Source of the DNA: Peptococcaceae bacterium
GTDB lineage: Bacteria; Bacillota; Desulfotomaculia; Desulfotomaculales; JACDOK01
Assembly (NCBI GenBank): GCA_017656185.1
Contig: JACDOK010000002.1
Coordinates: 8,768 to 72,767, forward strand
Length of the DNA: 64,000 nucleotides
Direction of reading: 5' to 3'
In this document: piece by piece, positions 1-9,116 of the stretch
Layout: every line of letters starts with the position of its first letter
Numbering within the stretch: the stretch's first letter is position 1
Position numbers and translations under genes: made by a program
Notes under the pieces: model-generated
The model's database searches: none
Told to the model about the DNA's origin: nothing
The model's input: only the letters and a program-made list of their open reading frames with translations

Positions 1-13
1 GAAGTTATCATCG

Positions 14-3000
14 TTAAGCCAAGAAGGCTTCGATCTCGGCAAAGATTTGCTTGTTCTTGAAGCCCTTGGCCACCATAGCGTTCGACGGACAAGCGGATGC
101 ACAGGTACCGCAGCCCTTACAGACCACCGGATTGACCTCGGCCACGCCTTCGTCTTCCAGGATGCTGATGGCGTTGTAAGGACAGAGGTTGACGCAGATC
201 CGGCAGCCGGCACACTTGTCCTTATCAACCCAGGATACGATACCGCTGCTGGTCAGGGTGTCGTTGTTAAGCACCGTAGCGGCACGGGAAGCCGCCGCCC
301 GGCCCTGCGCGATGCTTTCTTCGATGAATTTCGGTGAATGCGCCAAACCGCAGAGGAAGACGCCGTCCGTAGCAAAGTCCACCGGGCGGAGTTTCATGTG
401 CGCTTCGAGGAAGAAGCCCTCGTCGTTCAGCGACACCTTATAGAACTGGCCGATCTGCTTGGCGTCATCCGGCGGCACGGTAGCGGCACCGAGCGCAATT
501 AGGTCGGCATCAATAACAACCTCGCGCTGCAGAACGGGATCCTTCACCTTCACGGTTAGGGAGCCACCGTCCGCTTTAACTTCGGGCTTGTTATCCAGGT
601 CGTAGCGGAGGAAGATAACGCCCTTTTCACGCGCTTCTTTATAAAAGTCTTCTTTGAAGCCGTAAGTCCGCATATCACGGTACAGCACGTAAACGTTGAC
701 ATCCGGGTTGGCTTCTTTCAGCTTCAGGGCGTTCTTTACGGCCTCGCTGCAGCAGATGCGGCTGCAGTACATCCGGCCTTCCTCACGAGACCCTACACAG
801 TTGATCATGACGACGTTCTTAGCGTTTTTGACCCGGTCGGAGCCCTTGACAATTTCTTCTTCCAGGGCGAGACCGGTTATTACACGGTCATCTTGGCCGT
901 ACAGGTATTCGGTCGGTTCGTATTCCTTACCGCCGATCGCAATCACGGTAGCACCGTGCTTGATCTCTTTTACTTCTCCGCCCACGTTCACCTTGGTGGT
1001 GAAGTTACCGACATAACCGGTCACTTCGGTGATCTGGGCGTTAGTGTAAACCGTGATGTTCGGGTTGGAAGTTACACTGCTGATGAGACCACCCAGGTAG
1101 GACTGGACATCCATACCTTCCAAGGTATAGTGGATCTTGCGGGCCATACCGCCAAGCTCCCCGGCCTTTTCAACCAGGCTGACCTTAAAGCCCTGGTTGG
1201 CCAGGTCCAGCGCCGCGTTCAAACCGGCGATACCGCCACCGACAACCAGCGCCGACTTGTCGATGTCAACCGTAACGGTGGACAGCGGCTCAAGCAGGCG
1301 GGCCTTAGCTACAGCACGCGCCACAATCTCTTTAGCCTTCGCCGTGGCCGCTTCCTTGTCGTGCATGTGCACCCAGGAACAGTGCTCACGGATATTGGCC
1401 ATTTCAAAGAGGTACGGGTTCAGACCGGCCTCGGCACAGGTGGCCTGGAACAGGGGCTCGTGCGTCCGCGGCGTACAGGAAGCCACAACCACACGGTTCA
1501 GGTTGTACTCCTTGATCATGTCTTTGATCCGTTCCTGGCTGTCCGAGGAACAGGTATAGAGATTGTCTTCACAGTGGACCACATTCGGCAGGGTCGCAAT
1601 GTAGTCTCTGACCGCCGGCACATCGACCGTAGCACCAATGTTGATACCGCAGTGGCATACAAATACGCCAATGCGCGGTTCCTGCCCGCTGACGTCCATT
1701 TCCTCGGTCTTTTCGGCAACCTTAACCTGCGTGTTGCGTACTTCGGAAAGGAGTGAACCCGCTCCGCTGGCGGCCGCGCTGGCCTGCATAACGGTCATCG
1801 GGATGTCCATCGGGCTTTGGAAGGCACCGCAGACAAAGACACCTGGTCTGGAAGTCTCTACCGGAGCGTTAGGAGAGGTCTTGGCAAAGTTGAATTCGTT
1901 AAGTTCAATGCCAATGTTACCGGCCATTTCAATGGCGGCCTTGGACGGGCGCAGCCCGACGGAAAGCACGACCATATCAAACTCTTCCCGCACCGGCGTC
2001 CCGTCTTCCTGGATGTAACGGATCGAAAGGGTATCCTCCCCGGAACCGGGGTCGATACTGTGGATACGGGAACGTACAAAACGAATGCCCGTTTCGTTCT
2101 TGGCCCGTTCATAATAAGCTTCAAAGCCTTTACCGAAGGTACGCATATCCATAAAGAATATGGTCGTATCCAGCGGCTCGGCACTGTGTTCTTTGGCAAT
2201 CATGGCTTCCTTGATGGCATAGGTGCAGCAAACCGAAGAGCAGTAGGTGCAGCCGGTCTTGGTATCACGGGAACCCACACACTGGATCCAGGCAATCTTC
2301 TTGGGTTCCTTGTGGTCCGACGGGCGCACCAGGTGACCACTGTAAGGACCGGAAGCACTGAGGATACGTTCGAACTCGATACTGGTTACGACATTCTTAA
2401 GTTTACCGTAGCCTAAAGCAGCCAAGCTCGAGGGATCGAACTCATCGAAACCGGGCGCGAGAATCACGGCACCCACCTTGAGCTCGAGATCCTTGGCCTT
2501 GTCCTCGAAGTTAATGGCGTCCTTGTCGCACGCCTTCTGGCAGAGCATACATACGGGTTTGCCGGTCTGGACACCTTTGGTCAGATACAAGCATTTTTCC
2601 GGCCATTCAATAGCATAAGTGTTGGGAACGGCCTGGGCATACTTGTTACCGATGATCTTTCTTATGGACAAGCCTTCATTAAACTCGTCTTCAACTTTTA
2701 CCGGACATTTTTCGGCACAGGTTCCGCAGCCGACACACTTGTCGGGGTCGACGTAACGCGGCCGCTGGTGTACTTTGGCCGTAAAGTTGCCCGGCTCGCC
2801 TTCCAAACCAACCAGATCGGCCATAGTTATGAGTTCGATATTGGGATGCCGCCCGCACTCAACCAGCTTGGGCGAAAGGATACACATTGAGCAGTCATTG
2901 GTGGGGAAAGTTTTGTCTAACATCGCCATCGTACCGCCGATGGCTGAAGAATGCTCAACCAGGTATACATAGTATCCGGCATCCGCCAGGTCCAGGGATG

Positions 3001-3058
3001 CCTGTACACCGGCGATACCGCCACCGACAACCATTACAGATCCAACTTTATTTGCCAT
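14..3058 (-). CDS. hdrA: HdrA-like FAD/Fe-S oxidoreductase (heterodisulfide reductase subunit A family), tandemly doubled, 1014 aa
   Basis: Two Rossmann FAD motifs are present (VVGGGIAGVQASLDLA near the N-terminus, VVGGGIAGLNAALDLA near residue 605). Each is followed by HdrA-type CxxC/CC clusters (CSMC, CVGCGTC, CSRICC). C-terminal 2x[4Fe-4S] ferredoxin motifs are CAGCRICVNLCP and CKGCGTCASACP. The ORF is intact with no internal stop. Confidence 0.85.
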   Translation of the reverse strand: MANKVGSVMVVGGGIAGVQASLDLADAGYYVYLVEHSSAIGGTMAMLDKTFPTNDCSMCILSPKLVECGRHPNIELITMADLVGLEGEPGNFTAKVHQRPRYVDPDKCVGCGTCAEKCPVKVEDEFNEGLSIRKIIGNKYAQAVPNTYAIEWPEKCLYLTKGVQTGKPVCMLCQKACDKDAINFEDKAKDLELKVGAVILAPGFDEFDPSSLAALGYGKLKNVVTSIEFERILSASGPYSGHLVRPSDHKEPKKIAWIQCVGSRDTKTGCTYCSSVCCTYAIKEAMIAKEHSAEPLDTTIFFMDMRTFGKGFEAYYERAKNETGIRFVRSRIHSIDPGSGEDTLSIRYIQEDGTPVREEFDMVVLSVGLRPSKAAIEMAGNIGIELNEFNFAKTSPNAPVETSRPGVFVCGAFQSPMDIPMTVMQASAAASGAGSLLSEVRNTQVKVAEKTEEMDVSGQEPRIGVFVCHCGINIGATVDVPAVRDYIATLPNVVHCEDNLYTCSSDSQERIKDMIKEYNLNRVVVASCTPRTHEPLFQATCAEAGLNPYLFEMANIREHCSWVHMHDKEAATAKAKEIVARAVAKARLLEPLSTVTVDIDKSALVVGGGIAGLNAALDLANQGFKVSLVEKAGELGGMARKIHYTLEGMDVQSYLGGLISSVTSNPNITVYTNAQITEVTGYVGNFTTKVNVGGEVKEIKHGATVIAIGGKEYEPTEYLYGQDDRVITGLALEEEIVKGSDRVKNAKNVVMINCVGSREEGRMYCSRICCSEAVKNALKLKEANPDVNVYVLYRDMRTYGFKEDFYKEAREKGVIFLRYDLDNKPEVKADGGSLTVKVKDPVLQREVVIDADLIALGAATVPPDDAKQIGQFYKVSLNDEGFFLEAHMKLRPVDFATDGVFLCGLAHSPKFIEESIAQGRAAASRAATVLNNDTLTSSGIVSWVDKDKCAGCRICVNLCPYNAISILEDEGVAEVNPVVCKGCGTCASACPSNAMVAKGFKNKQIFAEIEAFLA

Positions 3059-3280
3059 AACGCATCACACCCGTCCTCCCGTTTGAGGTTCTCGGCAAAC
3101 CAATTTGCCAAGTCAAAACCTGTCTTCTCCGTACTTGGGAAATAGCGGCCAGTGTGTTTTCATCCCCCCTTTTTAATTCATAAGTTAATAAGTTAACTAG
3201 GAAACGTCCCAAATAACAAAAAAACTGAGGCGAAGTGCAATACCCCACTCCAACGGGGCATACTGCTCCTTCTTGTCCTC

Positions 3281-3309
3281 AGTATAATTCTTTGTTTATT
3301 CATTGTCAA
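3281..3309 (-). promoter_or_regulatory. sigma-A-type promoter upstream of the HdrA-like gene
   Basis: The minus strand reads TTGACA-17 nt-TATACT. Both hexamers are perfect or near-perfect and the spacer is 17 nt. It sits about 220 nt upstream of the ATG at 3058. Confidence 0.5.
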
Positions 3310-3341
3310 TTATCTTTTAAAAATTTTCAGAATATATCGCT

Positions 3342-4289
3342 CTAGTCCGCTGATGACTGGCTTTTCGGAAGCTCCTTCATTCTTTTTTCAAAGATTGAGG
3401 GAATGCCTTGCAGGGCTTCGTTCTCGTATTTTTCGATCTCGCCCCGGTCGCACAGCTGCGCCAATGACGGGTCGATAGGCAGCTTGGTCATTACCGGAAT
3501 ACCGGTTTTCGCAGACACTTCCTCGGCGCGGCTCGGACCGAATAACTCAATCTTTTCGCCACACTTGGGACACTCGGCATAACTCATATTTTCGATGAGC
3601 CCGATAATCGGTACGTTCATTATCTTAGCCATCTTAATGGCCTTGCCCACAACCAGCGTGGCCAGTTCCTGCGGAGACGAAACCATAACCAGCCCGGTGA
3701 CCGGCAGCATCTGCATCACCGTCAACGGAACATCACCGGTGCCGGGAGGCAAGTCCACCAAAAGGTAATCAAGCTTACCCCAGGCTACATCGGTCCAAAA
3801 TTGCTTTATAGCCGTACCTAGAATAGGACCGCGCCAGATAATGGGATCATCTTCGTTTTCCAACATAAGGTTAATCGACATTACCTTTATGTTTAATTCC
3901 TTGGACTTGACAGGCAGAATATAGTTACCCACCTGCCCCGGCGTTTCCTTTAAGCCAAAAATCTTAGGAATACTCGGCCCGGTAATATCGGCATCCAATA
4001 CACCGACTTTATGACCCTGGCGCGCCAGGGTTACGGCTAGCATCCCGGTTACAGAAGACTTGCCAACGCCACCTTTTCCGGAAGCTATGGCAATTACGTG
4101 CTCAATCTCAGACGAGTCATTGGGTTCCAGAACTGTAGGAGGGCCGCTTTCTTTAGGACCCGCGCTTGCACCACAGGAAGCGGCGTCCGGTTCGTTGCAT
4201 GAAGCGCTGCCGGGGCATTTGCCCTCCGCAGCCAGGCTGCAGGAATTACCGTTCTTATTTTCTGCCACTGTGCTCACCTCGCCCAACAT
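3342..4289 (-). CDS. mrp: Mrp/NBP35 (ApbC) family Fe-S cluster carrier ATPase with Cys-rich N-terminal extension
   Basis: It has the deviant Walker A motif SGKGGVGKSS, then LDADITGPS and a CPxCG motif (ECPKCGE). The start ATG overlaps the upstream stop as TAATG. Confidence 0.9.
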   Translation of the reverse strand: MLGEVSTVAENKNGNSCSLAAEGKCPGSASCNEPDAASCGASAGPKESGPPTVLEPNDSSEIEHVIAIASGKGGVGKSSVTGMLAVTLARQGHKVGVLDADITGPSIPKIFGLKETPGQVGNYILPVKSKELNIKVMSINLMLENEDDPIIWRGPILGTAIKQFWTDVAWGKLDYLLVDLPPGTGDVPLTVMQMLPVTGLVMVSSPQELATLVVGKAIKMAKIMNVPIIGLIENMSYAECPKCGEKIELFGPSRAEEVSAKTGIPVMTKLPIDPSLAQLCDRGEIEKYENEALQGIPSIFEKRMKELPKSQSSAD

Positions 4290-4750
4290 TATTCTTTATT
4301 GTACTCGCCTTGGTGGCGATGCATCCCTCTTTTTCCGCCATATTTCGCGGGCAGTTGAGTTGCCGTTTCACTGCCGCACTTGGGGCATATGGTATCTTTG
4401 TCGCCAGGGAGACGGGGCTCCCACTCCGTGCGGCACTTGCCACAGCGCAGACGCCGCGCCACATATTCGAAATTACCGCCCTCGACCTTGATAGCCTTGC
4501 CTTCTACCAGCGCGCGGGTAACCTTTCCCCGTGCACCTGTCAATATACGCTGAAAAGTAGGGCGGGAAACACCCATACGCTCGGCACAGGCTTCCTGTTC
4601 CAGGCCGTCCATATCCTTAAGGCGCAGGGCTTCTACCTCTTCTACCGTCAAAGTGATTTCATCCAGTCTCCATAGAGGTACCCCTGCCGGTTTAAAAAAC
4701 GTAATATGGGGCATAAACTCTACGCGCCGACACTTGGGAGGTCTTCCCAC
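4289..4750 (-). CDS. DUF134/UPF0251 family putative DNA-binding protein
   Basis: The N-terminus GRPPKCRRVEFMP and the HTH segment EACAERMGVSRPTFQRIL are typical of DUF134. The C-terminus has CxxC...CxxC. I place the start at the GTG at 4750, because the track's ATG at 4768 lies upstream of the predicted -10 box. Confidence 0.75.
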   Translation of the reverse strand: MGRPPKCRRVEFMPHITFFKPAGVPLWRLDEITLTVEEVEALRLKDMDGLEQEACAERMGVSRPTFQRILTGARGKVTRALVEGKAIKVEGGNFEYVARRLRCGKCRTEWEPRLPGDKDTICPKCGSETATQLPAKYGGKRGMHRHQGEYNKE

Positions 4751-4769
4751 GCTCTCATCGCCTTTCAAA

Positions 4770-4798
4770 AGTATATTCTAGTAGTGAGCATAAGTCAA
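4770..4798 (-). promoter_or_regulatory. sigma-A-type promoter for the DUF134-mrp unit
   Basis: The minus strand reads TTGACT-17 nt-TATACT, directly upstream of the DUF134 coding start. Confidence 0.5.
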
Positions 4799-5046
4799 CA
4801 ATTTCACAGACCACCCCACCTTGTACCATTTAAAGGCTGGGAGACAAATCAAGTTATAATGCAAAACACTTCCAAACACACTACTAGAACAACCCTATGA
4901 CACGTCCTTGACCTTCAATATCAGCCGGTGAGCGGCGGGGTGAGACGGTAACCCGGGCACGGTTATTAGACTGCCGGCTAGGATACAGGAAACCTGCCCG
5001 TCGACGCCCGGATAACACGAATAGGAAACAGTAACCTTACAGTAAG

Positions 5047-5080
5047 AGCCGAAAAGCCCGGCAGCTACCAGGCTTTCGGC
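5047..5080 (-). terminator. hairpin terminator after ndk
   Basis: The minus strand reads GCCGAAAGCCTGG-TAGC-TGCCGGGCTTTTCGGC, starting at the ndk stop codon. The U-tail is weak. Confidence 0.45.
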
Positions 5081-5529
5081 TATTCGTAAAGCCAAGGATC
5101 AACAGCCCTGTCATAGGCCAGTATCTCACCGGGATCAAAAAAGAGGTTTATCTCACGTTCGGCACTTTCAACCGCATCAGAACCGTGTACAATGTTGCGC
5201 CCCACATCGATTCCGAAGGTACCCCGAATCGTGCCCGGGGCGGCGTTGGATGGGTTGGTAGCTCCCATCATTTCCCGTACACCGGCCACAACTCCTTTGC
5301 CTTCCAGCACCATGGCAACCACCGGACCGGAAGTGATGTAACGTACCAGGCTCTCAAAGAACGGCTTCTCCTTGTGTTCCGCATAATGTTTCTCGGCCAA
5401 CTCGCGGCTTACCTGCATCAGCTTGAGAGCCACAAGTTTGTAGCCTTTTTGCTCAAAGCGGGTCAATACTTGTCCGATCAAGCCTCGCTGCACACCGTCC
5501 GGTTTGACCATCACAAAGGTTCGCTCCAA
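5080..5529 (-). CDS. ndk: nucleoside diphosphate kinase
   Basis: [16 protein letters not shown], the NxxHGSD active-site region (NIVHGSD) and the length are canonical for Ndk. I place the start at TTG 5529, preceded by AAGGAGGG. The longer track ORF would overlap ftsH. Confidence 0.92.
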   Translation of the reverse strand: MERTFVMVKPDGVQRGLIGQVLTRFEQKGYKLVALKLMQVSRELAEKHYAEHKEKPFFESLVRYITSGPVVAMVLEGKGVVAGVREMMGATNPSNAAPGTIRGTFGIDVGRNIVHGSDAVESAEREINLFFDPGEILAYDRAVDPWLYE

Positions 5530-5551
5530 GCCCAATACCCTCCTTAAACTG

Positions 5552-7435
5552 TTAGTTGGGATTACTGTCCCCTTCCGTCTTACTCTGATCTTCTTGCGCA
5601 TCCCCGGCGCCATTTTCTCTAATAGCCTGTTTCATCAATTCTTCAAATTCGGCACCCTCGATTGTTTCCTTCTCAGCCAAAGTTTCGGCCACAAGGTGAA
5701 GCCCATTCATATTGGCGTTGAGAATTTCTTCGGCCCGGTGATAGCTCTCGTCAATGATCCTACGGACCTCCTGGTCAATGGCGGAGGCCACCTCTTCGGA
5801 ATAATTGCGGTCCCGTGCAATATCGCGACCAAGGAACGGCGTATCCTGTTTACTGCCCAGGGTAAGGGGTCCCAGTTTGTCACTCATACCATATTCCATT
5901 ACCATCTTGCGCGCGATTTCGGTGGCCCGCTCAAGGTCATTCTGCGCGCCCGTACTGACCTCTTTTAATACCAGGGCCTCGGCAGCACGCCCGCCCAGCA
6001 GCATCGTAATCTGGTCCAAAAGCTGGGATTTCGTCATATAGTTACGCTCTTCCTTGGGCAGGATCAGCGTATAACCACCAGCCCTGCCGCGCGGGATAAT
6101 GGAAATCTTATGCACCGGATCCTGGTTGGGCAAAAAGTAACTTACCAGGGCATGCCCGGCTTCGTGATAAGAAACCAGTTTCTTTTCCCTTTCACTAATA
6201 ACCCGGGATTTTTTCTCCGGTCCCGCAATGACCCTTTCAATAGCATTTTCCAATTCGTGCATTCCGATGCGCTTTTTATTAGCGCGCGCCGCCAACAGCG
6301 CCGCCTCATTAACCACATTAGCCAAGTCGGCCCCGGAAAAACCGGGCGTTCTGCGTGCCAGAACATCCAGGTCCACGTCATCTTCCAGGGGCTTACTTTT
6401 GGTGTGTACTTGCAAAATCTGCTTGCGACCGTTGATATCGGGTAGCGACACCACTATCTGGCGGTCAAAACGTCCCGGGCGGAGCAAAGCCGGGTCCAGA
6501 ATATCGGGCCGGTTTGTGGCCGCGATAATGATGACGGCCTCATTAGGACTGAAGCCATCCATTTCAACCAGCAGCTGGTTTAGAGTTTGTTCGCGCTCAT
6601 CATGGCCGCCGCCCAAACCGGCACCCCTTTGCCGACCTACGGCGTCGATTTCATCAATAAACACAATACAAGGCGAATTTTTCTTGGCGTTTTCGAAAAG
6701 ATCCCGTACTCTGGAAGCACCTACACCGACAAACATTTCGACAAAGTCGGAACCACTGATGCTGAAAAAGGGCACACCGGCCTCACCGGCTACCGCCCGC
6801 GCCAGGAGTGTCTTACCGGTACCGGGCGGGCCAAACAATAAGACACCCTTCGGAATACGCGCCCCGATCTCATTAAATTTCCCCGGGTCTTTCAGAAACT
6901 GCACCAGTTCTTCCAGTTCTTCTTTTACTTCGTCCACACCGGCCACATCGTCAAAAGTAACCTTTTCTTTATTTTCATCGGTATGAAGCTTGGCACGGCT
7001 CTTACCGAAAGACATCACCCTGCTGCCGCCACCCTGCGACTGCTGCATCAAAAAGAAGAACAGGGCGACAAATATCAAAATGGGAAACAGGGTCGTCAGA
7101 AGAGTAGCCCACCATCCCGGTTGATCCGGCTCCTCTTGGCTCCACTGCACATTGTGTTCAACTAACAGTTCAAATACCCGCTCGTGATTTTCCGGCCCCT
7201 TAGTTTCAAATTGGGTGCCGTCCTTCAAGAATCCGGTAAAAACATTGGTATTGTTTTCGGTACGAACTGTTACCTTCTGTACTTGCCCCTGTTCTACCGC
7301 ACGCAGAAACTGGTCATATCTTAAAGTAGTAACCTCGTCTTGTGCCGGAGACGCAAACTTGATCAGCGCCACGATGACAAGTACGATGAGGAGATAAATG
7401 CTAAGGTTCTTAATGATTCTCTGCAAAAAAGCCAC
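5552..7435 (-). CDS. ftsH: ATP-dependent zinc metalloprotease FtsH
   Basis: It has an N-terminal TM segment, AAA+ Walker A GPPGTGKT, the second region of homology, and the HEAGH zinc motif. Confidence 0.97.
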   Translation of the reverse strand: MAFLQRIIKNLSIYLLIVLVIVALIKFASPAQDEVTTLRYDQFLRAVEQGQVQKVTVRTENNTNVFTGFLKDGTQFETKGPENHERVFELLVEHNVQWSQEEPDQPGWWATLLTTLFPILIFVALFFFLMQQSQGGGSRVMSFGKSRAKLHTDENKEKVTFDDVAGVDEVKEELEELVQFLKDPGKFNEIGARIPKGVLLFGPPGTGKTLLARAVAGEAGVPFFSISGSDFVEMFVGVGASRVRDLFENAKKNSPCIVFIDEIDAVGRQRGAGLGGGHDEREQTLNQLLVEMDGFSPNEAVIIIAATNRPDILDPALLRPGRFDRQIVVSLPDINGRKQILQVHTKSKPLEDDVDLDVLARRTPGFSGADLANVVNEAALLAARANKKRIGMHELENAIERVIAGPEKKSRVISEREKKLVSYHEAGHALVSYFLPNQDPVHKISIIPRGRAGGYTLILPKEERNYMTKSQLLDQITMLLGGRAAEALVLKEVSTGAQNDLERATEIARKMVMEYGMSDKLGPLTLGSKQDTPFLGRDIARDRNYSEEVASAIDQEVRRIIDESYHRAEEILNANMNGLHLVAETLAEKETIEGAEFEELMKQAIRENGAGDAQEDQSKTEGDSNPN

Positions 7436-7504
7436 TCCTCTCGAACTTCAACAAATTAGTTCAAAACAGAAACATTTTATCACATTTTATGCCCGCATTC
7501 AATA

Positions 7505-8953
7505 TTATTCAAACCCCGGAGAACCGGGCAAGAGGCGCATAAAAAGCACCTTGCGTGTATCCCCGGTAAGTTTGCAAAAGTCGGCTATTCTCTGCCCGCC
7601 CACCCATACTATGCGTTCCCGGTTATCCACTACCAGCGGAGTTTGGTCGCGGTCGCGGCGCGGCATCTTAATATTGATAAAGAATTTCTTTAGTTTCAGA
7701 CGCCCTTTAAGACCATAGGGTTCAAAAATATCACCTTTACGGCGGGTCCGCACTTTAAGCGGCAGTTTCACACGATCATAGTCGACCACCGCTTCGTTGG
7801 CCGGAAAGCCCCCGGGATTTGTTACCGTAAAATCCTGCCATATTTCCGTCCACAGCGACACATCCAGCTCGGGAATATAAGTGCAGCCCGGTACTCGGAG
7901 CGTATAAACGAAATGAAAGGGGCCCCGTTCATATGCTGACGCTCTGAACAGCAAGGTGTCGTACTGGCATTCAGCGACTATGTCACCCGGTAAATGCAGT
8001 GATGACGCCCCATTTCGTCGCGAGGCCAAGGCTAACACCCGCTCCACGTGCAGGAAAGCAAGACCCCGGGATCCGCTGGCCTCCGCCCACGCCAACCGTA
8101 CCACCCGCCTTTGGATGGCCAAAGGTAAATCCATTAAGGCCGCAATATTGAGTGTTATAGACTCATTACCTTTATCACGCAATACCGCGCGGTAGCTTTT
8201 GGCAGCTTGTTCTTCCAAATACGCTTCTTCTCCCCGGCAAATTTCACCGGTACGTAAAAGCGACGCCACGATATCGTTATTAAACTCCCGTTCCAGGTAT
8301 GGTATCAGCTCCTTCCTGATACGATTACGCGTGTATTCAACATTTAAATTGGAACTGTCCGTCCGGGGGTTTAACCCCCTGGCCGTACAATATTGTTCAA
8401 TTTCCCGCCGGGTCACTTCAATTAACGGCCTAACATACAAACCGCGCACCGGGGGTATCCCGGCCAAACCCGCCAATCCCGTCCCACGTATCATGTTAAA
8501 AAGTATCGTTTCGGCCTGGTCATTGGCCTGGTGGCCCAGGGCGACACGATCCGCACCGGCATGACCCAGCGCGCGGGCAAAAAAACGGTAACGCACCTCC
8601 CGGGCAGCTTCTTCCATAGAAAGACCGTGCTCCTTCCTGTAAGCAGCAACATCAGCCTCTTCCACTACAGCCGGGATGTCATAGCGCCCCGCTAACTCTT
8701 TGACATATTCGGCATCGGCATCTGCTTCAGGCCCGCGGAGCTTATGATTTAAATGAGCCACACAGAGGGAAATTTGCAGTTCATCGCGCAGCTGCACCAG
8801 GATATCCAAAAGCGCGACCGAATCGGGGCCTCCGGACACTCCCACCAGCACCGTCATACCGGGAGAGATCATATCCCAGCGCGCTATGGTTTGTCGAACC
8901 TTGTCGAGCATAACCAGAAAACTCACCTTCCACTTAACTGGAAAATCTTCCAC
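7505..8953 (-). CDS. tilS: tRNA(Ile)-lysidine synthetase
   Basis: The PP-loop SGGPDS and downstream TilS domains are present. The real start may be the internal Met at 8911 (MLDKV...). Confidence 0.9.
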   Translation of the reverse strand: MEDFPVKWKVSFLVMLDKVRQTIARWDMISPGMTVLVGVSGGPDSVALLDILVQLRDELQISLCVAHLNHKLRGPEADADAEYVKELAGRYDIPAVVEEADVAAYRKEHGLSMEEAAREVRYRFFARALGHAGADRVALGHQANDQAETILFNMIRGTGLAGLAGIPPVRGLYVRPLIEVTRREIEQYCTARGLNPRTDSSNLNVEYTRNRIRKELIPYLEREFNNDIVASLLRTGEICRGEEAYLEEQAAKSYRAVLRDKGNESITLNIAALMDLPLAIQRRVVRLAWAEASGSRGLAFLHVERVLALASRRNGASSLHLPGDIVAECQYDTLLFRASAYERGPFHFVYTLRVPGCTYIPELDVSLWTEIWQDFTVTNPGGFPANEAVVDYDRVKLPLKVRTRRKGDIFEPYGLKGRLKLKKFFINIKMPRRDRDQTPLVVDNRERIVWVGGQRIADFCKLTGDTRKVLFMRLLPGSPGFE

Positions 8954-8980
8954 ATGAAAGCCCCTTTTCCTCCATATAAT

Positions 8981-9103
8981 TAGTAATCAGTGAACAGTAA
9001 TTCGTGATCAGTAATTAAGGAGGGAGCAGTAAGGGGTGAGGGGTGAGGGGTGAGCGGGAAGCAGGGAATAGTAAGGTTAGGGTAAGGGGATTAGAGGTTG
9101 GGA
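8981..9103. repeat. intergenic mosaic of short tandem repeats (CAGTAA/TAGTAA units; 3 perfect GGGGTGA copies at 9033-9053)
   Basis: Read directly. CAGTAA occurs at 8995, 9009 and 9027. TAGTAA occurs at 8981 and 9069. GGGGTGA is repeated three times in tandem. The region lies right after the spoIIE stop. Confidence 0.8.
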
Positions 9104-9116
9104 AAATGAGCGAAAA

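Noticed and set aside
893-1756. A 287-aa plus-strand ORF lies inside the HdrA-like gene, with other plus-strand ORFs across 47-3145.
   Set aside because: They are antisense to a strongly supported 1014-aa HdrA-like CDS. Their composition is low-complexity and Arg/Gly-rich, typical of shadow ORFs in GC-rich coding DNA.
14-3058. I checked whether the HdrA-like gene (a family with known Sec-containing members) also hides an in-frame TGA near the selenium module.
   Set aside because: The 1014-aa frame is uninterrupted, and Cys occupies the relevant cluster positions.
3048-3248. A 66-aa minus-strand ORF overlaps the HdrA-like start and leader.
   Set aside because: It is out of frame with hdrA, has no RBS, and is most simply explained as chance within the leader.
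4800-5046. The roughly 250-nt spacer between ndk and the DUF134 promoter includes the 66-aa ORF 4895-5095. I considered it as a riboswitch or small gene.
   Set aside because: I could not match it to any riboswitch consensus by eye. It lies upstream of, not downstream of, the predicted promoter. The ORF has no RBS and overlaps the ndk terminator. An Rfam scan would settle it.
9033-9053. I considered the short tandem repeats (GGGGTGA x3; also the 12-bp array at 12521-12580) as possible CRISPR or minisatellite loci.
   Set aside because: The units are 7-12 bp and directly abutting with no spacers, and no cas genes are present. They are not CRISPR. I report them as an unexplained repeat family instead.
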